Assembly: GCA_965220745.1 (NCBI GenBank) | Contig: CBDCQT010000001.1 | Location: 1-20,851 of the forward strand | Direction: 5' to 3' | Source: Alphaproteobacteria bacterium | GTDB taxonomy: Bacteria > Pseudomonadota > Alphaproteobacteria > UBA828 | Length of the DNA stretch: 20,851 bases | Shown: piece after piece, positions 13,819 to 20,851 of the stretch | Numbering within the stretch: position 1 is the first letter of the stretch | How the letters are laid out: each line of letters begins with the position of its first letter | The notes under the pieces: generated by a model | Database searches by the model: none | Told to the model about the DNA's origin: nothing | The model's input: only the letters and a program-made list of their open reading frames with translations | Translations under genes and position numbers: made by a program

Positions 13819-15774
13819 TCACTCCGCTCCCGCCGCGTCAGGCAGCGCCGGCCCCCTGCCGGCGCCTTTCCTCAACACGAAGGGGTTGGGGTCCCACAGC
13901 CCGCGCGTGCGCCGGTGTTCCCAATAGAGCGTGTGATCGAGGGCAATCGGGTCCCTCGGCATGCCCTTCGGCCGCGCGATCACGAACTGCTTGTTGGCCG
14001 GCAGGGTCATGAGCTCGTCCGGGGTCACCAGGTGCTCCCGCACGAGGGAGCGCGTTTCCCCCGCCTGCGAGGACGTCTTCGACGCAAGAAGCTGCGCATC
14101 CGCCATCCGCCCCGACGTGTTCTCGGACTGCGCCTCGAAGGTCGCCGTTCCGATCGCCTTCGAGACGTCCTCGGCCTGGCTCGTATTCGACCTGGAGAAC
14201 CCCAGGTACTGGACCACCTCGGCCAGATCGATCAGCGTCTTGCGGCTTTCCTCGCCCCACGTCTCGTCGAGGGTCGACACCGACTGCGCGAACGACCAGA
14301 AATGCACCCCCCGCCCGGCAGCCATGTTGTAGCCGTCCATCACGGGCTGCAGGTAACCCAGCATCGGCATCTCATCCATGATCACCAAAAGGTCCCGCTC
14401 GAACGGCCTCCGGCTCGACAGCGCGTTCGGAATCGTGATCCAGAGCCGCATCCACGCCCGCACCTTCGACAGCATCGTCTCCGGCACCACGACGAACAGA
14501 TCCGTGTTCCCGTCTGTCAGCACCGCAGGATCGAAGGTCGACGACCCCATCGACTCCTTCATCGAGTCCATCGTGATGAACGACATCTGGTTCGCGATGC
14601 TCGAGAAATTCGACCCCCGCTCGTCCTCGCCCACCTGCAGCTGCCGCTCCACCGCATCGTGGGCCAGACCGCCCGCGAAGCGGTCGCTCTCCACCACCTG
14701 CTTCTCGAACTGCTCCCTCTCCTTCGCCGGCAGCATCAGCAGGCGCTGGACCTCCGCCATCGTCCGCTCGTTCTCCGGCGCCTTGAACCGCACCCACGCC
14801 ATGTACCCGGCGATGATCGCCCGCGCAGACTCGTAGAAATGCTGCGCATTCGACTGGGACCGCGACGACGGCGGGGTCAGCAGCCCGTCGAGCAGCACGT
14901 AGATGTCCTCCACCGCGTAGCGCTCGTCCTCGCGCACGAACCCGAGCGGGTTGAACGTCTCGCTCCGCGTCCAGGGAACGTGCAGCCCGGGCACGTTGTT
15001 TCCGTGCTCCTTGACCACGTCGAACGGATCCAGCAGCAGCACCCGGCGTCCCAGCTCCCGCCGGCGACGCGCGACCACGCAGAAGATCTCGCCGCGAGGG
15101 TCGAACAGCACCGTCGATCCCGGCCAGCCCCGCTCGTCCGGCGACAGCAGGTTCATCGCGATCGTCGTCCCCTTGCCGGAGCGCGGCGGCGCGAACGAGA
15201 TGGCGGACCCCTCCAGGTCCCAGGCGATCAGCGGCGCGGACCGGCCCTCGCCCCACTGTCCGAGCACGATGCCCCGCTTGCGCGCGAGCTGCGCCATGAA
15301 GCGCTTGTCCAGGAAATTGGCCTTGCCGTAGAGATCCGACTCCGCGCGCCGGCGGCGGCGGCCCTTGTCCAGCGAGCGCAGCCAGAACAGCGCGACTTCC
15401 GCCCACACCAGGCAGGCCAGCACCGCGCCTACGCTCGACGCCACCATCACCACCAGGTCGACCAGACGCCCCTGCGACAGCCGCGCCACCACGGCATCGA
15501 TCGATCCCGTCGCCAGCACCGGCTGGAACACCTCGATCCACGCCGCTCCGCCGAGCGCCGCCGCCGCGCCGGCGAACGTGCCCAGGCGCAGCCCCATCGT
15601 CCTCTTGCTCCGGCCCGTCCCCAGAAACACGCCGAACAGCGCGCAGAGCGCGGCCGACACCGCCACGAGCACCAGCGAGGGCGCCGGCACCGTCCACACC
15701 ATCCACACGCACGCACCCGCGCCCAGACCCGACAGGCCTACGCCCAGCGCCACGTTCCACCACAGCCTGGACAT
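13819..15774 (-). CDS. virD4: Type IV coupling protein, VirD4/TraG family (651 aa)
   Basis: N-terminal TM helices; LYGKANF; Walker A APPRSGKGT; FDPRGE; LLDPF; FNPL; Walker B VIMDEMPMLG; AQSVSTLDETWG; LVTPDELM. Confidence 0.92.
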   Translation of the reverse strand: MSRLWWNVALGVGLSGLGAGACVWMVWTVPAPSLVLVAVSAALCALFGVFLGTGRSKRTMGLRLGTFAGAAAALGGAAWIEVFQPVLATGSIDAVVARLSQGRLVDLVVMVASSVGAVLACLVWAEVALFWLRSLDKGRRRRRAESDLYGKANFLDKRFMAQLARKRGIVLGQWGEGRSAPLIAWDLEGSAISFAPPRSGKGTTIAMNLLSPDERGWPGSTVLFDPRGEIFCVVARRRRELGRRVLLLDPFDVVKEHGNNVPGLHVPWTRSETFNPLGFVREDERYAVEDIYVLLDGLLTPPSSRSQSNAQHFYESARAIIAGYMAWVRFKAPENERTMAEVQRLLMLPAKEREQFEKQVVESDRFAGGLAHDAVERQLQVGEDERGSNFSSIANQMSFITMDSMKESMGSSTFDPAVLTDGNTDLFVVVPETMLSKVRAWMRLWITIPNALSSRRPFERDLLVIMDEMPMLGYLQPVMDGYNMAAGRGVHFWSFAQSVSTLDETWGEESRKTLIDLAEVVQYLGFSRSNTSQAEDVSKAIGTATFEAQSENTSGRMADAQLLASKTSSQAGETRSLVREHLVTPDELMTLPANKQFVIARPKGMPRDPIALDHTLYWEHRRTRGLWDPNPFVLRKGAGRGPALPDAAGAE

Positions 15775-15788
15775 TGCCGCCCCTCCCC

Positions 15789-18152
15789 CTACCGGCCGAG
15801 GCGCATCGCCGCGAGGCGGCCCACGCCGGACGTGATTCCGCCCATCGTGCCCTCCGCGCCGCCGCCGCCCGAACCGCGTCCGCCGATCCACTCCAGCACC
15901 ACCGAAGGCAGCACGTCGATCAGCTTGAAGGCCCCGTTCATCAGCGCGTAGCAGATGAACACGTAGACGACGACCATGGTCAGGAAGCCCACCACCCCGA
16001 TGCCCACGAGGTCATCAGCGTCCCGCAGGTACGGCACGAACACGCCGTTCAGCACCGTGATTCCGGCCACGAACACCCAATAGCCGAGCACGAAGCCGAA
16101 CAGCATCAGCGCCGGCCGAAGCAGCAGTCCCGGCAGGAACAGCCAGCCCTGCCTGGTCACGCTCGTCATGAGCTGGTTGCCTTCGCCGCGCGTCACGTGC
16201 GCGGCCGCAAAGACCGTGACCGCGAGAAACGCCTCGACCACGCTCATCAGCCACGCCAGAATTCCGAACAGGAAGCGCACGAACGGGATCAGCGGCAGCA
16301 CGAAGGTGAGCACCACGCCTGCGATCAGCAGGATTCCCAACACCATGTTGACGAACGCGCCGCCTACGTCCCACACGGCTCTTGCCCCTTCGGCGAATGC
16401 CTCCGCCGAATCTCCGAACAGCGGCACCCACGCCACACTCACCACGGCGGCGTTTGTCGCCGCCGTCGCCGCCAGCAACCCGGTATAGGTCCCGAGCGCC
16501 GCGGCGATCAGGCTCGAGCCGAACGACGCCAACTCGCCGATCGGATTCAGCGCCCGCCCGAACCCGTCCCCCGCAACGAATACGCTCTCCAGGTCCAGCA
16601 GGCCGAACAGCGCTCCCCCCAGCCCCTCCTTCGTGCCGGTCAGCCCCGGCAGCGACCCCGCCATGCCCTGCTCGCCCAGCCGCAAATGGCTCGGCCGATA
16701 CGTCCCGCCCCGCTCCAGGTGCTGCACCAGCACCCCCACGGAACGCGTCACCAGATCGTGCCTCTTCTGCAGCTGCTCATAGTTCGGCGGCACCACGTCC
16801 GGCACCCCGTAAGAGACCGAATGAAAGCTCCCCGTCCGGTACGCGATCGTGTTGATGAAGCTCGCCGCAGCGAGCCACTCCACGTCCCGCTCCATGTCGT
16901 CCAGCCTGGTCCTCCGGTCTTCCGTCTCTACCCGCGCGGCTTCGCCGAGCTGCTCCTCCAGGTACCCGAGGTAGCCGCGCCCCACCGGCTCAAGCAGCGC
17001 GTCCAAGTCCGGCAGTCCCGGGGACTCCCGCGCCTCCCCGCCCACACCCACCTCGATCAGCCCCGTCAGCTGCGGCTGGATCTGCGCCGCGATGCTCTCC
17101 AGCTCCTGCAGCACGGTGCGGTCGCCCACCACCCCCGCGTCGGCGAAGGCCCGGTAATGCGCGTTTCCCGCAAGGATTCTCGACGCGCTGCCGTCCCCCG
17201 GCTCACCCACGTCGCCCAGCCCCAGCTGATCGTCGTCCACGTCCCGGAAGCGGATCGCGCCGCACAGGTTGGGCGTCGTCCAGCCGTGGTAGCCGAAGCT
17301 GATCGTGCCGTCGCCCGACTCCCGTCCCCGCGTGATGAACGTCTGGCCCTCCCGGCGCCGGCCCCCCTTGATGTCCTTCTCCTCCACGACCGCATTCGCC
17401 ACCGCCCTGCAGGTCTCCACCACCAGCGCCCGTGCGATCGCCGAGCGCCACAACTCGTTGTTCGGCAACGGCACCGCCGCCTCCGACTCGCCCAGCATGT
17501 CGTCCGAAAAGGGCTGCCAGATGGTGTTCGCGAAATCCCCGCCGACGCGCGCGAGTCCCAGCACGATGTGCTGGCCCCCGTTCATGCCGCCCGGCGGCAG
17601 CGGCACCATCAGCCCGACCGCGATCACCAGCCGCAACACCTCCCAGCCGCCGAAGCCCCAACGGCCTTCGCGCGCCGTCGCCACCGTGCCTGCGATCGTG
17701 TGGTAGACCAGCAGGAAGCCCGCCAGCACGAGCACGCCCCCGTTGAACACGTAGAGCATGTCCGCCAGCGCAGCCGGCCCCTGGCCGCCCCCTCCCGGCC
17801 GGAAGCCGTTCAGGAAATCGAGGATCGACCGCGTCGACTGCGAGGTCTCCTCGAACGGATCGAGCTCCGTAAAATCGAAGGGGAGTGGGTCGGACTGCGC
17901 CTCGGCCTCGCCCGATATCAGCCCGCTTGCACCGAACGCGGCAAACCCCGCCCCCGTGCCCGCCAGCGTCGCCCCCAGGCAGGCCGGAAGCCGGGCCGAG
18001 GGCTCCCGAAGCCGCGACCAGCGCCACTCGCCCTTCGGCGGCCGAGCGAAGGCGGCACCGCACAGCCCCTTGATCCGGCCGGCCGCGCTCCGCAGCTCGC
18101 GCAGCGAGCGGCCAAACTCGGGGAGAAAGAGGAGCCGGAGAAGGCTTGTCAT
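15789..18152 (-). CDS. traY: DotA/TraY-family integral membrane conjugation protein (787 aa)
   Basis: N-terminal TMs with TAREGRWG...LRLVIAVGLMVP; large soluble region; C-terminal TMs with LPLIPFVRF, LLRPALMLFG and FKLIDVLPSVVLEWIG. Confidence 0.9.
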   Translation of the reverse strand: MTSLLRLLFLPEFGRSLRELRSAAGRIKGLCGAAFARPPKGEWRWSRLREPSARLPACLGATLAGTGAGFAAFGASGLISGEAEAQSDPLPFDFTELDPFEETSQSTRSILDFLNGFRPGGGGQGPAALADMLYVFNGGVLVLAGFLLVYHTIAGTVATAREGRWGFGGWEVLRLVIAVGLMVPLPPGGMNGGQHIVLGLARVGGDFANTIWQPFSDDMLGESEAAVPLPNNELWRSAIARALVVETCRAVANAVVEEKDIKGGRRREGQTFITRGRESGDGTISFGYHGWTTPNLCGAIRFRDVDDDQLGLGDVGEPGDGSASRILAGNAHYRAFADAGVVGDRTVLQELESIAAQIQPQLTGLIEVGVGGEARESPGLPDLDALLEPVGRGYLGYLEEQLGEAARVETEDRRTRLDDMERDVEWLAAASFINTIAYRTGSFHSVSYGVPDVVPPNYEQLQKRHDLVTRSVGVLVQHLERGGTYRPSHLRLGEQGMAGSLPGLTGTKEGLGGALFGLLDLESVFVAGDGFGRALNPIGELASFGSSLIAAALGTYTGLLAATAATNAAVVSVAWVPLFGDSAEAFAEGARAVWDVGGAFVNMVLGILLIAGVVLTFVLPLIPFVRFLFGILAWLMSVVEAFLAVTVFAAAHVTRGEGNQLMTSVTRQGWLFLPGLLLRPALMLFGFVLGYWVFVAGITVLNGVFVPYLRDADDLVGIGVVGFLTMVVVYVFICYALMNGAFKLIDVLPSVVLEWIGGRGSGGGGAEGTMGGITSGVGRLAAMRLGR

Positions 18153-18173
18153 GGGACTTCGCGCTGCCGCGGG

Positions 18174-19301
18174 CTAGAACAGCCCACCCCTCGCGCGCTC
18201 GAGCGCCAGCGCGAGCGACGTCGCGTCCATCGCGCCCCTCCGCTCCGCCAGGCGATAGCCTTCCCACTCCAGCATCAGCCCGATCGCCTGGAGCGTGACC
18301 AATTCGCGCAGCAGGTTCGCCTCGCTCATGCCCTGCAGCCCGACGAACCAATTCGGGTCCTCGAAGCGCCGGCTGGCGAGGATCTCCAGGAGTTCGTACC
18401 GGCTCAGCCCCTCGCCGGCGCGTCCCGCTTCGCCGGGCACCAGCTGCGCGACCCAACCGCCGAGCGCCGCCCCCGGATAGCGCATGCTCCGCGCGTGGCT
18501 CATGAAATCGGCGCCGAGCGCCGTCCTTGCATCCAGAGAGCGGACATAGAGCGCCCTGGACTTCTCCCGCTCCGTGCCCGCCGTCACGAACGGCGGATGG
18601 CCGAACACGACGGGCGCCGCCAGGTTGCGCGACACTTCCACGGCCGTCTCCAGCTCCTCCCGGGTCTTGAAGGTCCGCGTCTCGAGCAGGTTGCCGGGCT
18701 TCAGGTCGGCCCCGTGCGCCTCAGCCGACCCCGTGCAGACCTGCTCGCTCTGGCCGCCCCGCCCCGCATGGCAGTACTTGCTCAGCACCGACTCGAACCT
18801 GGCCTCGTTGTTCGCGCCGCCGACTGCCGAGACCGAGCCCCGGTCGCCGATCACGCGCCCGCCTTCCAGCCTCTCCGCTTCCTCGCCGGCGTTCTCCGCC
18901 GCCCGGCGGCTGTCCCCCAGGCCGCTCAGCCCCGTGATCGTGTCGCACGCGGTCTCCGCCGGCCGGTGCTCCCGCACGCTCCGCGTCTCCTCCACCTCCC
19001 GCGCGATCTGCGCAATGAGCTGGGTCTGCGCGTCCAGCGCCTGCGTCGTCGTCTTCGCGTTCTGGGCGATGTAGCCCGAGACCTGCCCCGTGGTGAGCCG
19101 CAGCGCCTCCACGATGTTGGCTTCCATCACGTCCAGGCGCTGCTTCACCCCGCGCAGCACCCGGCTCGCCTCCGCCCGGTCGTTGTCCGTGGGGTCGCAC
19201 TTGGACCTGCCGAACAGCGCGTGCGCGTCGCCGGCAGCCCCGGCCGTCAGGATCGCCGCCAGCGCAACGCCGCAAACGCTCAGCCACAGCCTGCGCATCA
19301 C
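18174..19301 (-). CDS. traW: TraW-like exported conjugation protein, IncI/MPF-I type (375 aa)
   Basis: Signal peptide; C-terminal SRYELLEILASRRFEDPNWFVGLQ...LLRELVTLQA resembles IncI TraW; position between traU and traY. Confidence 0.65.
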   Translation of the reverse strand: MMRRLWLSVCGVALAAILTAGAAGDAHALFGRSKCDPTDNDRAEASRVLRGVKQRLDVMEANIVEALRLTTGQVSGYIAQNAKTTTQALDAQTQLIAQIAREVEETRSVREHRPAETACDTITGLSGLGDSRRAAENAGEEAERLEGGRVIGDRGSVSAVGGANNEARFESVLSKYCHAGRGGQSEQVCTGSAEAHGADLKPGNLLETRTFKTREELETAVEVSRNLAAPVVFGHPPFVTAGTEREKSRALYVRSLDARTALGADFMSHARSMRYPGAALGGWVAQLVPGEAGRAGEGLSRYELLEILASRRFEDPNWFVGLQGMSEANLLRELVTLQAIGLMLEWEGYRLAERRGAMDATSLALALERARGGLF

Positions 19302-19302
19302 C

Positions 19303-19821
19303 CTACTCCCCGCCCAGCGAGTTCCGGTAATTCTCGAGATTCACGTCGAGGTCGCCGCCCCGCACCGGCTCCCGCAGGAAGTGTCGGCGCCGCGTGTCCA
19401 CCTCCACGCCGGGCAGGCGCTCCAGGTCCCAGGCCAGTGCGCTCGTATCCAGCGACCGGCCCACGTATCCCCGGTAGGCGTTCCGCGCCACCGTGCAGAC
19501 CTGCCGCTCGAGCAGTCCCATCAGATCCTGCATGGACGCTCCCGGATCGTAGAAGACGTCGAACCCTCCGAAATCGAACAGCTCCTCCAGGCACGACAAA
19601 TCCAGGATCGAATCCGGACTCCTGATCCCCTGGTCCGGGTCCCGGATGATCGCGAGGTCCCCCTGCACGCCGGCGGTCGCGCTCTCCATCAGGCCCTTCC
19701 GGATCTCCGGATCGCAGGCCTCGTCGCCGGCGTCCTGGGCTGCCGCATCCTTGATCCCTGCCGACGAAGCGATTCCCGCCGCCATCACGACCGCACACGC
19801 CCATCCGCCCACCCTCGTCAC
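19303..19821 (-). CDS. Exported Cys-containing conjugation protein, possibly TraL-like (172 aa)
   Basis: GTG 19821 overlaps the traU stop (GTGA); signal peptide ending DAAA-Q; three Cys in the mature part including LLERQVCTVAR. Confidence 0.65.
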   Translation of the reverse strand: MTRVGGWACAVVMAAGIASSAGIKDAAAQDAGDEACDPEIRKGLMESATAGVQGDLAIIRDPDQGIRSPDSILDLSCLEELFDFGGFDVFYDPGASMQDLMGLLERQVCTVARNAYRGYVGRSLDTSALAWDLERLPGVEVDTRRRHFLREPVRGGDLDVNLENYRNSLGGE

Positions 19822-20851
19822 AATCCCGCCTCCGCCGCTTGTGCCGCCCCACTCGCAACCAACTCCGCCGCCATGCGGTCCAGCACCGAGCGCTCCGACG
19901 CTCCCTCTCCGGCGTCGCCGGCGACGCGCAGCTCGCGCTCGATCCGCTCCCGCGCCGACCCCGCAGGGAACTGCCGCGCCAGCACCTGCCGCGCGTGCGC
20001 CGGCGCCAGGCGGTCGTACAGTCGCTCGCGCAGCGCCACGTCGCGCGGCGCCGTGGTCAGCGCCCAGAGCTCCGCCGGCCCCGGCCCGTTGACCACCACC
20101 TGCTCGAACCGTCCGCCCCGGTCCGACGCGATCAGCAGCGCCGGCGCGCCGCGCTCGCCCGGCCCCGTCAGCTCGAACCTGATCGCCTGCTGCAGCGTCG
20201 CCGAGAGCGAGAACAGCGACGACAGCGTCTCGACCTCGCGATCCTTGCCGCCGGCGCCCAGCACCCAGTAGCGGTTGGCGAGCTCGGTCAGCGCCTCGCC
20301 GAAATCCTCGATCCTCTGCGACGCCAGGCAGAGTTGCACCCTGAGCTTCCTCGCCTCGCGCACGTCCCTCTCGACCTGCGCCCGCACCGCGTCCGCGCCG
20401 CCTGTCCGGTGAAACTCGTCGAACGCCAGCCGCTTCGGCGTCTCCCTGATCTCCCGCAGACGCTCCACGTGATAGCCGCGGTATCGCTCCGGGATCCGCG
20501 CCGCAGCCTCCGGGCCGATCCACCAGTGCCGTGTGAGCGCGTGCCGCGCCAGCATGTAGACCGCCGCCGTCTGCCGGTCGCCCTCGGCCGAGCCGTGCGG
20601 CGCGACGTCACCCAGGTCGACTGCCGCCACGCGCGCGCGGCCGATATCGAACGCCGTCGGGTGCGCCATGATCGGCCACGCCTCCAGGGCCGCCGTCACC
20701 AGCCTGAGAAAGGCCTCCGTCACCGTCTCGCCGCCGCTTCCGAACTGCGTGTGCCGGACCAGGCCCTGCACCCGCTCGTGACGCGCGGCCGACACGAAAT
20801 CCCGCAGCACCGGCACCGCATAGCGCTGCGCCCGCTCCGCGATCCCCGGCT
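19818..20851 (-). CDS. traU: IcmB/DotO/TraU VirB4-like ATPase, C-terminal part (5' end outside the window)
   Basis: Frame open to the window edge (AQRYAVPVL); PTAFDIG, DRQTAAVYMLAR, Walker B LAFDEFHRT, REARK and LASQRIEDF. Confidence 0.88.
   Translation of the reverse strand, partial: PGIAERAQRYAVPVLRDFVSAARHERVQGLVRHTQFGSGGETVTEAFLRLVTAALEAWPIMAHPTAFDIGRARVAAVDLGDVAPHGSAEGDRQTAAVYMLARHALTRHWWIGPEAAARIPERYRGYHVERLREIRETPKRLAFDEFHRTGGADAVRAQVERDVREARKLRVQLCLASQRIEDFGEALTELANRYWVLGAGGKDREVETLSSLFSLSATLQQAIRFELTGPGERGAPALLIASDRGGRFEQVVVNGPGPAELWALTTAPRDVALRERLYDRLAPAHARQVLARQFPAGSARERIERELRVAGDAGEGASERSVLDRMAAELVASGAAQAAEAGL

Noticed and set aside
10166-19625. Very long plus-strand ORFs (799, 732 and 1283 aa)
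   Set aside because: Antisense shadows of nrdJ, virD4 and traY/traW; Arg/His/Pro-rich with no motifs, as expected in high-GC DNA.
19822-20523. N-terminal 234 aa of ORF 19303-20523
   Set aside because: Overlaps traU out of frame; the gene more plausibly starts at GTG 19821 with a signal peptide.

Overview
High-GC window from a conjugative plasmid or ICE. The NrdJ, ParA and recombinase sequence types suggest an alphaproteobacterial host (inference). The left end holds a complete 2,938-bp IS21-family element (59-2996; istA-istB, 22-bp-period end repeats, 6-bp CTCCAG target duplication) inserted in the last codons of a PIN toxin gene. A maintenance cluster follows: AbrB-type antitoxin/PIN toxin, HTH protein + 64-aa ORF + tyrosine recombinase, Phd/PIN pair, a truncated higA, a SEC-C/TPR protein, a parA + small partner cassette and a 56-aa Zn-finger ORF missing from the ORF track. 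The right 12.5 kb is one tightly packed minus-strand run: traU/icmB (partial), TraL-like, traW, traY/dotA, a VirD4/TraG-type coupling protein, a DUF6118-like membrane protein, a 69-aa Cys-rich protein translationally coupled to an intact class II (B12-dependent) ribonucleotide reductase nrdJ, a 343-aa orphan and ssb, ending at an intrinsic terminator. The two most notable features are the nrdJ-ssb block continuous with the transfer genes, and a VirD4-type coupling protein attached to Dot/Icm-type (MPF-I) genes. All family assignments come from motif recognition by eye; no database search was run.
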